DNA from: Psilocybe cubensis
Taxonomy: Eukaryota
Direction of reading: 5' to 3'
Assembly: GCA_017499595.2 (NCBI GenBank)
Contig: CM039009.1
Coordinates: forward strand, 1,302,001 to 1,366,000
DNA length: 64,000 nucleotides
Shown here: in pieces, positions 52,710 to 64,000 of the stretch
Layout of the letters: each line of letters opens with the position of its first letter
How positions within the stretch are numbered: the stretch's first letter is position 1
Program-made: the position numbers and the translations under genes
Notes under the pieces: model-generated
Database searches by the model: none
The model's input: the letters and a program-made list of their open reading frames with translations, nothing else
Told to the model about the DNA's origin: nothing

Positions 52710-54427
52710 ATGGCAACCGCTTCACTTCCACCACTGGAGTCTTTGTATAGACGGAATGCAAAACGGACGAGGGACGTTTTTGCGGCAGAGTCGGGTGACA
52801 TTCTGGTTGAAGACGAATCAACGTGAGCCCCTTATACTTACTGTGTAGAGTCTGCTTTTACATTGATTGCCCTAGTTCTCGAGTGCGACTAGCCGTCAAA
52901 ATTCACGATGAATACCGTGACTACAAGCAACTCCCTCCAGCGTTGCTTTCACAGCAAGGACCAGTAGGACCATCGCGCCCACCATCGCAGAGAAAGATGA
53001 TTACGGCTGGCGGTGAGTAGCTAATGTTTCAGTTTAACACGATTCTTTCTACAACACGAGACTCGTTTTCTAGATTCAATTGACAGCAACACCTCTCGTA
53101 TCATTTCAACGATAGACAACACCCCTCAAGCCAAACCATCTACATTTTCTTCAAATTCTAAACTTACCCAAGCACTCACCCTTCATAAAACAACACGCAC
53201 AATCAAACCGGAATATCATGCTCCCTGGAAGCTAGTTCGTGTCATTTCTGGACATCTTGGTTGGGTGCGTAGTGTTGCAGTAGAACCCGGAAACAAGTGG
53301 TTTGCTACAGGTGCCGGGGATCGTGTCATTAAGATTTGGGATTTGGCAAGCGGGGAGTTGAAGTTGTCTTTGACTGGTCACATTTCAACAGTTCGAGGGT
53401 TGGCAGTGTCTTCGCGGCACCCGTATCTCTTCTCGTGCGGAGAAGATAAGGTATGAAACACTTCGGTATGCCTCAAGCGCCTCGTGAAATGATTAATTAG
53501 GTATCTATTTTCTCTAGATGGTCAAATGTTGGGATTTGGAAGCCAATAAAGTCATTCGACATTACCATGGGCATCTTTCAGGCGTGTATTCGCTTTCATT
53601 ACATCCCACGCTTGATGTTCTCGTCACAGCTGGTCGAGATGCGTCTGCTCGTGTATGGGATATGAGAACCAAAGCACAGATCCATGTTCTGTCTGGTCAC
53701 ACAGCCACCGTCGCGGACGTCAAATGCCAGGATTCTGATCCTCAAGTAATCACAGGAAGCATGGATTCTACAATCAGGTGGGTTGCATATATCTGAACTG
53801 TTTCCACCTATTTTGCTAATCTTTTCCCAAAAGATTATGGGATCTTGCCGCTGGAAAGACAATGACCACCCTAACGCATCATAAAAAGTCCGTTCGCGCC
53901 CTCGCTATTCATCCAACAGAATATTCCTTTGCATCCGGCTCGGCGGGCGGAAACAACATCAAAAAATGGAAATGCCCTGAAGGCGCTTTCGTATTCAACT
54001 TCCCTGGACATAACGCCATCATCAACACGTTGTCTGTCAACGCGGAAGGTGTCTTTTTCTCGGGAGGTATGGTTCTTTCCTGATCAAACAAATCTACACC
54101 ATCGCCAGCCTTTTTATCTATATTTTTATGGTCTACGTGACAATTTTACTCACTTTTGCGCCGTTTGATAGGTGATAACGGGTCCCTGACCCTGTGGGAT
54201 TATGCTACTGGGACACCATTCCAACACATGGAAGATGTTCCTCAGCCTGGATCCCTCGAAGCAGAAGCCGGCGTTTTCTGTTCGACTTTCGATCAGACTG
54301 GGACTCGCTTGATCACAGGCGGAGCTGATAAAACTATCAAGGTAATGCACTATTCTATTCATTTTGTCTGAGGAGTTGCTACTAACTGAGTTTGCTCCTA
54401 TTGCAGATCTACGCCGAGCAAACATGA
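52710..54427 (+). CDS. PRP46: Pre-mRNA splicing factor Prp46/PLRG1 (WD40)
   Basis: [62 protein letters not shown]. Confidence 0.97.
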
Positions 54428-55201
54428 TCGCCGACCATCCCAGCTCTTGACGTTTTCGCCTTATCTCTATTTTGTACTATTCTATTCATGCCATCATATT
54501 AAATCCTGCTTTCTGCCGCGATGCTATGCATGATCACTTTTCATTCGCAAGAAGCCGCTTTGTTACGAGCTCTCATCTCATTGGAACGCCGGAATATAGC
54601 CTTTCCTCCTTTTCACTGTGAACCGCCGCAAATACCACGTTTGTTACGTACCTTTACGGAAGCAACCCCCAAGAATGCCGTTATCGACCAATGAATCGTT
54701 GTTGTATATATACAAGCTGGGTACTATGTAGAGGTATTGAGACAGTTGCGCATGTGTTACACCAAGTAAGAACCTATAATCCGGAAACTTAAAGACCGAA
54801 AGCAATGCGAAATTCGAAACGACTGAGAAGACTACTTGTATCTATATACGAGTTCGACTTGATCTGGTTCTGTTCAACAAAATTAAAACGACACAAAAAA
54901 TCCCCGAAAACCATAAACTGTACAAATTTGTTCGACTAAAAAAACCAAAGAACTCCAAAAGTCTGAAAATCAATTTACACCGAAAACGAAAAAACCTTAG
55001 AGTACAGAGATAAACGGAGGGAGGGAAAGCAAAAAAAAAGTTATGTCACAAAACAAAAGCATGAAAAAAGAAAATGTCCTTGCCGCTGATGAGCATTAAT
55101 TGTCAAAGATACTGATGGTTGTAAGAAGGTTTCTTTTTTTTTTTTCATCACGACATTTTATCTGACCTTTTTTGTTCAAGACCTTTTTGTGTGCATTGAA
55201 A

Positions 55202-57729
55202 CTAGCCTGCCCAGCCTGTAAGAGAGGAGCCGTAGTTCTGAGCGGCATAGTGAGGGGCACCTAATGCGTACAACGAGGCATCGTTGTTGATGGTAGATGA
55301 AGACATTGGGACATAGGGCGTTGCCCTGACATGACCATGAGAATGAGAAGCGACTGCCGCCCCCGAGCGAGAGTTTGCCCGCGAATGAACATAGCTCTGA
55401 TCGCGCGATGCATAAAGTTCACCTGCCTGTGGCACAGGCGGCGGCGGAAGGATCTGCTCAGAGGCGCTGGGTGACAACAAACCCGAGCTGCTACCTGGGT
55501 AGTCCGGGTAAGAGGGGAGCACCTCTGTGTTAAACAGGTGAGCTGTCGCAACTACGAACTCTTCACTGAAACTGAAGCGTTCATCGTTCTCATCTTCGAA
55601 CGTTTTTTTGTTGGAGGAGGTTGGGCGGGGAACGTTATTTGCGACTGTAGGAGAGGTTCTTTCGACGTGACCAGATGGTTGTGGCGGGGGAGCGTGGACT
55701 GGAGGCTGGGGGAGTGGGGGAATTGCCGATGGAGATGCGCCCGATGCAACGTGATGCCCTTGGGGAGGCACAGTATTGGGCGGGGACAATGGCATTGGGG
55801 GATGGGTCGTACGCGGCGCCAAATTTGAAGCCCTCGCGAGTTCGGAAGGCGCTGCCATCGCGCCGGTCACTCGCTCAACTGAGTAGGAAGGTTGGCTATT
55901 ATCAGAATATCCATAATGAGGCATCTCTGCAGGGATATAGGACGGCAAACCAGGGGTATAGTGGTTAACATACTGCTGCGGACCTTGAGGTGGTTGCATC
56001 GGAGGGGTGGACCAGTTCATCTCTGCTCTGCCTGTTGCACCATATACACCCGTCCCGGGCATCACATGAGTCGGCGGGGAAGGTAATGTAACGGGAGCAG
56101 ACTGGTGACCGTAAACATCGTCAATGGGTACAATAGGGGTTACCGTAGCAGAAAGATCAGACGTTGTGTACGATCCACCAGGTGACATGTCAGTGTGAGA
56201 TGGAGGGGTGGTCCAGGAATGGTCGGCCTCAGGAGTAGACATGCGGGACCCCCGCCGTGGCCAACCAGAGTATTGGCGTCGATGCATATCTGTAGGGCTA
56301 GCCTGACTTACCCGATTCATACGATCAATCCGAGAGTGCGAAAGGGGCCTTCCACCGCTAGTTGGAGAAGGCACAGAGTTCATTACAGCTAAAGGCATGA
56401 TGAGTGGAGCAGGAAGTTGACGGTGCTTTTCGACACGTTCATCTCGGAAGAACGGTTGGCGGGTCGGCTTCGTACCGTATACTTTCTTTTTAGTCAGTCC
56501 ATGATATTGCTGTAATTGCGACACAAGACTCTGAGGCTGATCGGGCTCGTTAGAAACAGGTGCCCCGGTCGCCTCATCGAAAACCTCGCGACAGAAGTTA
56601 TCGGGAAGTGGGTACGAATTTCTTCGAGGTAGTCCTATTCGTCCACCGGCCTAGCATTATATTAATGAGTCTTTCAAGAGCACTATCCTCCTACGGAGTT
56701 GTAAAAGTTACGTACAAATGAATTCGATGTTCCTTTTCCGAAAGGGGCCGAAATCAGCGGTGTACACACAGCAATTCGAATGAGGATGACTCACTGTCAT
56801 AATTTGGCCGCGCGGAGAGTCTGAGCATCACCTTTGTTGGGTCCATTGGTGGGTATAAGTATTCTTCAGCGTTGCCTTGTATTCGAAGCTGATAATGTGG
56901 ATCTTTTAGCTTTTGAGGCTTCAATGACCAGACTGCCCTCGAACAGAAATGGCCGGAATACTAGCAAAACTCACTGTCTCCTCGAATAACAATGTTAGCG
57001 AGCCCATATCATTTTGAGGACTCACGACAAGGTGGCAATGGATATTTTTCTAGGTCACCAAATCACGAATTAGTAATGCTTCTCTGAAATGCTAAAAGGC
57101 ATCAACCTACCGCTCTCATTTCGTTGGCAAGATACACCCACGGAGAGGAATATCCATGTCCAGCCCATGGGACCCCATAGTCGTCATCGGACGGCATGTT
57201 AGCAGCGACGATAATTAGATGCAGTGCGGGAAGTGAAACACGGAAATTTTGCTGATTAAGAGTCTGAATGAAATTATTGATAAATAAATCTGACGCAGAA
57301 AACTCCGAAAATAAAATAGGGGCAAACGTACGTCGATGCAACTGCTTATGTGGCCAGCGGAAATCGAGTTCTCCGGGATAGGGTTAAATTGCACGGTGTT
57401 AATTCCTTCGCGGAATCCGCCATGGCACTGTCGAGGGAGAGAAGGATTCGGGCTTGGACTATGGCAAGGATAACTCTCAAGTACCGACACTGTTATCTGA
57501 TGAGAGGTGCGATTACGAACTGAAAACACCTTATGTCATTAAATTGAAACCATACCAGCGCAGAATTATTTGCATGCTCTAGTTTTGCAGCAAGTGTATC
57601 GAGACAGGTGTCTCGAAGATACGGCCAGTGTTGTGACATTGCTGGTGAGTTCTCAATAAGAAGCAGTACCGCAACCTGCTGGTCTGGGCGTGCTGGTTTG
57701 AAGAGGTAGCTCTCGTTCTCCAACTCCAT
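55202..57729 (-). CDS. Protein with a VWA-like (Med25-like) N-terminal domain and long Pro/Ser-rich disordered C-terminus
   Basis: ATG at 57729. [35 protein letters not shown] and IHCHLVVSP occur in successive exons. Final 440-codon low-complexity ORF. Confidence 0.7.
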
Positions 57730-60700
57730 AATCGCAGAGGAAATGTGCAGTATTTGGTGGGATGACGATAAGAGATGAGTGATCAACTTGGATGAAGAGA
57801 GAGAGATGGAAGGATGGAAGCTACGAGAACGCGTCGGAGAAGATTTCTTTGAGAGGAAGTGGATCCTTATGGGACTCGGTCGGACTTTCTATTATGACAA
57901 GATGGCGATAAATGATTGTGAAGCAGTCTGTGGCGATATAAATAATGAGAAGGAGAACTTGCCTGGTCAATCAATATTTTCTCCGAGAATACAAGCCAGT
58001 AACTCTTTGACGATGGACTCTGAGCAATCTAGAACTGGTTTATCTGTCTGTTGACCAGTCAATAAAGCCAAGGCGGGGTCCAACCTCCAACACCCAGATC
58101 TTGCAATCCAGAGAGTGAAAAAAAAGAGTACAGAGACAGAAAATCCGAATCTGCGACGGCAGTCAGTTAAGACGGCGTCGACAGGGACGATACTTGTTTT
58201 TGCAGGTTGTGTCCTTTGCCAAAAGGAACAGGATTCTGAACTCAGCCTGGGCATGCCATTTACCAACCCACGACTTATAGGGGCACGTGGCCGTGCCTTC
58301 CCCTTATGGTCTAATCCCCTCTTGGCGTCCTTCTTGAATCCTCTCTTCATCCCTGTCGGCAGTTCCCCAAGGCTCATTGTTTTGAAAGGCAACTTTGGGA
58401 GAACAGTGATAATTAGTCTTCATTGGTAGTTTTGCATCTCAATTTCGGTACGTCCATTGCTTTCCGTCCACCTTCCCGTGACAACTTCAAATCCAATTCC
58501 AGTTGGAATAAAAAATCAGGGCAATTTCAGTGTTGCGTCACATGGCAGACCACGCAGCTGCAAGACCTGAGTGAGAATGTCAAAGGATTACACATAGATC
58601 TCGACGAATCCTGCAATCTTTTCGCTGTGGTTTGACAAAGTAGGCTACTGTTTGCACACGGAAGATGTCCCAAATTCCTGGGTGCGCAGGCCCAGCACAA
58701 GTTAACGCTTCGGGGAAGCCGCGATCCTTCGTTTGACAATGTTTCCTTGTGCTAAAGAAGCCTCCCTGGGATGCAAGCCCTTAACATTTTGCTCAAGAAT
58801 CCACGACTGCTCACTGCCTTGGCGATTATTAGAACGATGTTATTGATTGAAGATTGGTACGCAAATACGATCAGGTATATGTTGCATCGATTCCGAGCTA
58901 TCGATTGGGACAGTTTCTCATCAAGTTGTTTAGGCTTTATCTGCCCGAAAAACGTTGTTGTTAGACAGGAACGATACTCCTTTCTATAAGCTTCCACGCT
59001 GCGTATTATAATGAGAAACGCGTCGTAGCGTTTCCCAAGTCATACTTCTCAAGGTAAGTAATTTGGATTGCATCATATGACATAGTTATTCTGTTAACTC
59101 CCAGAATACAGTCACGATGCTTATTTAGTATCAGCAGCCAGCGTACTGAATCGGAATCTTCCACCAGTTACATTTTAATTTCCCGAAACCCCGTAGTAGC
59201 AATGACTATCCGATACATCCGATTGAACTTCGGAATATTTCTGGCCGTTGACTCAAATCATTTTGTAAAGTCATTCTCAAAGAGGCTAAGGGATGATCTG
59301 GCGTCAGGATAGACGATACGCGTTATAAACTTGCAGATGCCACTTCAAACTTCCACGATAAGAATTCGTGCCTAGATATATCAAGCCTGGCTTCTCACGA
59401 GATTTTTGCAGGGCACTGGAGAGCGACGCTCAGACCCCGGGACTATATTCTAAGACTTTGACGTATTTTAAAACGTGTTGAAGGTATGAAAACGGAGATC
59501 CGGGGACCATGCCCGGGAATTTTTTTGTTTCTGAGTCAGACTTGAAGCGACGATATCGCCCTTTTGTAGATTCTGATTGCCACTTAAAACCTTATCTTGC
59601 ACAAGGAACCCCACAGAATATAGCGACCTGAAAATATGATTGCTAATCGGAAATAAGCAGCTATGAAATGAGCACGAAAGGAAAGCCCAGGGGACAAATG
59701 AACGAGCCTAGATGCACACGACTTCGATAAGAGCTCGGTGCCATATCTCTCCGATACCTTATCGTCGTTAGTAGTAAAATCTCAACCCCCGGTTCATTAG
59801 ATTTTACCAACTATCCTCTCTTTTGATAAACGCCGCAATTTTCTGCCCTTTATTTCTGTTTTCTGACTATTGATCAAACTATGATAAGAAAGAAACGAGA
59901 CAGGATAGTTATCAACGACCACATCTACGGAACCGTCTCTGGCTAGTACGCTAAATTATCGTCACCGGATGTCTTGCATCATCGTCCATGAGACATGACG
60001 TTCAGCCTTAAGGCGGTCTATAGACTGTTGCTAGGCATGAGGCACGTCGTATGGAATCCGGACTAACCATTTTGACCATTTTCTACCAAAGACCAGGTAT
60101 GATTTGCAAAGGAACATTTCGGAGGTATAAATAAACTGTTCACGACCGCTCCTGGATGCAGTGCACACACAGTCCTAATGGCGCCAAAGTCTGCGGCTTG
60201 CTTCCTTTCCTTGGTGAAATGCAATAGACTAAAAGAGGGAAAAGATCGAAGATGCCGCGGTCGTGCCGAATGTGGCGCAGAGGTTCCGGTGAGTTAGACC
60301 AGGAATCGATGATCCACTTGGAGTATTGACCCGGACTTGGCGTTTGTGGGGACAGGGAAGTAGAAGAAACAAGTTTGGCTGCAATGTCGACGCGAAGTCG
60401 AAGCGCCTCCTCGCATCTATTCGATACTTTTGTGATTTGAACAATGGGGTGGAGTGGGTATGCGACGTATTTATATCGTTCATCTTTGAAGCAACGTTGA
60501 ACGGTCTCAGTGCAGCTTTATCTGCTGGCTTTCATGTAGCTGAATGTTTAATTAATCGGATCAGGATTCAGTTTGGACAGGTGCATGACAAGGTCAAGAA
60601 AGTTCTCTACTAATCGATCCGAATGGTCTTGTGCCCTGCATCGTATGGAATCCATTCATGGCTCAGCAATCCCTCAGGCAATCAATGACATCTTTCCATT

Positions 60701-61163
60701 TGCATACAAGTCCTTTCAAACAGGATGGGTCCCAGATTCCCAAAAGACCCTACGCGAGGTATAAATAGAACCAGTTATTGTTTTAAAAATAGATCATCCA
60801 GCCGCCACGGTGAATGTATGAATTCCTCGCAATGGCCCTGACGGGCAGGCCTGGACTCTGGGCTTTGCTAAGGCAATAATACCAATACCAATACTATCAT
60901 TGACCAGATGTTTGGTTTGACCGTTGATTTATTTTAATGGCTTATTTTCATTTCTAGCTGCTACCGACAAGACAGCTTCAGGCTCCGGGAAACTTTCCTA
61001 AGAGCTTGTCTGGAATTTTGCCAATTTTGGCCCTCAAATCTGCAAAACCAAACAGACCTAAACTATCCCTTGCCAATATTACTTCTCCAACACAACTTCG
61101 CCTTGCACTGCGTTTTTTTTTTAAAAACATGCTTTATCTTAACTTCTTTTTGTAAGACTAGAG

Positions 61164-62036
61164 TAGTGCTGCCGCCACAGGACAGGACTGCACTGTGATT
61201 TTTCACACTCCGATATACTGCACAGCGTACCACAGTCACTGTGAAGGCTGTGCACAGTGTGCCGTAAATTTATGTTATTTTGTCAAGCCATGGTTACGAG
61301 GACATTTATGCAATTCCTGCCCTTTCTTTCTGTTCAACATTATGATTTAGTATGGCCTTAAAATGAAGGACTATTACAATTGGAAACAAAAATTCTCTTC
61401 TAGGTTACTTTTTAAGTAACCTACACAAGCTTGATAAAAGCTTAAATAGATTTTTGTCCTCAAAAATGTGCAATTTCGATAAAACTTTCTGCAATCGGAA
61501 AGAAACATCTCAGTCTGGGTGGCAAGAATACAATATTATACTTAAAAGTGAATAAAAACATGTAGCAATGTGTCTATGCTTTCACAATGAGACTTGAGAG
61601 TGTTGCTTAGGTGTTACGAAATGGTTTTATTTATTAAGTACAAACACTGGTTTTTGTATCTAATCTTATCTGCAGAGTATATCTAATCTTATCACACTTT
61701 CTACTAGAATCTCATAATCTTGTTTGGATCTTGTCGGATCCATTACATGATAACAGTTTTTCTTCTACACTTATGGGTTGGTCACTGTCTAACAAGGGGA
61801 TATAATGTTCAGAAATAAATTCTGAATTGTAGGTAATAAAACATCAGACAATAGTACTGGACATAGCCATCTTCTGTAACAAACGCTATGTATGTGGGCA
61901 AGGAACTGCGTGATTATGTGTGACGTCATTGGTCACTTCACAGTACTTCACAGTAAACTGTGATAACTGTGAAGCGTGTCACACTGCTAAAAATTATGCT
62001 GCACTGTCACTGCACTGCACTGTGGTGACAGCACTT
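61164..62036. mobile_element. Older non-autonomous hAT-like element (MITE)
   Basis: TIRs TAGTGCTGCCGCCACAG / CTGTGGTGACAGCACTT. Flanks GACTAGAG (61156-61163) and GGCTAGAG (62037-62044), 7 of 8 matching. Repeated CACAG/CTGTG subterminal motifs. Confidence 0.8.
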
Positions 62037-62630
62037 GGCTAGAGCAATCTAGGCCAGTTGAGACATGTCCGAATTTTCTTTTTTGTACAATATGCTAACA
62101 TTCTAAACCTGAACTTACGAGTCCAGGCATTTGGGCATATTTAATGGATTTTGTATTTTATTTTTTCTATTTAAACTGAATTTTAGAATGTACAAATATT
62201 CTTTAATACTGGAAAATGTCCTAATAATTTGCAGTTTTAGTATCAAATCCATCAGATCCAGACAATGGTTAGCCTGCAATGCTATCAAATCCATAAAAAA
62301 TGGAAAATAAAATGCCAAATTTTTGGCCTAAAATCTTTCAGAATCCGGACAAGCCTCTAAGAGAGCTTCTTAGGGCTTATGGCTTTTTATAGCCAAGATA
62401 ATATATTTTTGTAAGACTTCTCCTTAAGCACGCAACATCACTTAATATATTTGTATGTGAAACACAATGCACCAACGTGCTACTTTTTTTCTTTGTTTTT
62501 AATTGTATTGTTTGCATTGCAAAATAATCAATTTTTAATACTTATTTGTTTTTGCTTGTTTCTGTATTATTTCTGGTCAAAAAGAAAAAAAAAGTAAAAT
62601 TATGTATATGTATAATTTATATACTAAAGA

Positions 62631-63602
62631 TTATATTTCAGCATCATAACCAAATTTGTGATCCATATATTTAATATATAATATTTTCCAAACAAATTCT
62701 GCGGTTGACTGCAATTTGTGCCACTCTACCAAAAGAGGTCGATTCTATAAAAAATAAATATTTATTAATAGGACATATAAAAGTATAATAAATTTCGTAC
62801 CATTGTTTCCCGTTCAAACTGGTTCATACAAATATGGATAGTGGTCATGTGCTTGTAAATATCCTCGGAATCCTTGATATTGAAAAACTCCAAAAATTTC
62901 TTCCAGTCTGTTTTGTCGATGAAACGGGATACAAGTGCAACATATACCACATACTTGCTGCTTAGAATTGGTTCTAGCAAGTAATATGCTGCCACAAAAC
63001 TAATAGAGCTAACAGAAACAACAAATACGTCGTTTGTTGGCCAGTAAATGTCGTTGGTAATTGGTTCAATACAATAACCTTCAATCAGCTCTGAATTAGC
63101 ATCCTAAAATAGCAAAAATAAATATAAAAATATTAGTATATAGTGTAAAATGACTTACTAAAGCATATATAGCATATTCTTTATAACCAAATTCTACAAA
63201 TTCCTGGACAATTGTGCCGTATCCAGGAAATCTATCAGATCCATAAGGAAATACAGAAAATATTGCTTCTTTAGCATGACATGTAATACATACGCTAAAA
63301 TTGCGTAAAGTATAATGCCATGGGTCAATAAGACATTTATGCTGATATCGCCTCCATTTGATCTGGTTGTTCCAGACACCTAAAGTGTCAAGCTCAGTCC
63401 AACGTTGGTTGATTGGAACATATTTCATAATGAAGGCAGTTTCGATTTCGGCATTGATGTCTTTTAATAGATAGCCAAAAGATTCTAAATGAATTAGATT
63501 TAAGTATAATATGTTTAGATATAAATAATATAATTGCTTACTTGATATTATATCAAATGGCGGAAGAAGTTCCGAATATTGATTCAAATTGAGAAAGTCC
63601 AT
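62631..63602 (-). CDS. AT-rich orphan protein, 286 aa, 3 exons
   Basis: Exons 63602-63159, 63103-62801 and 62744-62631 splice in frame through 55-nt and 56-nt GT-AG introns to a TAA. No recognised family. Confidence 0.75.
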
Positions 63603-64000
63603 AATGACAAGAAGGACTAATAAACGACAAACACGATTTGAATGTGATGCAATAAAACTTTGTTATTGCAATTTACGCTTTAAATAGGACAAGCTCAAGA
63701 GTAGATTACTAATATAATATAACAAAATGGCGCCATTTTCTCACTGTTTAATAAAATGGTGTCATTTTTTCACCATTTAATAAAATGACTAATTTTCAAT
63801 GCATTTGTTGCTATACAATTAGTGCAATTAGTAATATGCCGATGTCATTTGAATACTTCTATTAATATATCACTATAGTATTGATACTATTATCAAATCT
63901 ATCATCATCAATATCACTGTTGCTATGTTACTAATACTGTTTTAGTTTTCTTTAATTGCTTCCATTACTATAGTCCTGTACTATCAACGCCACTGCCATT

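Noticed and set aside
1..64000. RiPP precursors (MSDIN-like or KEX2-repeat), PKS/NRPS/terpene synthase or psilocybin-type cluster genes
   Set aside because: No such motifs were seen by eye. A very short spliced precursor could still have been missed.

Overview
Intron-rich fungal nuclear DNA, most likely from an agaricomycete mushroom (inferred from short GT-AG introns of about 50-60 nt, a class I hydrophobin, DUF6535-type, F-box and P450 families). Conserved housekeeping genes (DPH3, a YPP1/TTC7-like TPR protein, TFIIS/DST1, PRP46) are interspersed with fast-evolving accessory genes. The accessory set comprises two F-box-like genes, two DUF6535-type membrane proteins and two atypical kinase-like genes in a mirror arrangement around the hydrophobin, four alpha/beta-hydrolase paralogues, two P450s (one with a 1-bp frameshift), a coiled-coil gene with a HEPN-like C-terminus and a Med25-VWA-like gene. 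An AT-rich spliced orphan gene lies at the right edge. Three non-autonomous DNA transposons can be delimited by their target-site duplications; one is a nested composite that splits a kinase exon. The hydrolase/P450 region reads as a tandemly duplicated hydrolase-hydrolase-P450 unit with reciprocal gene loss. No rRNA, convincing tRNA or CRISPR array was seen. All gene models were spliced by eye and family assignments come from motif recognition, not database searches.
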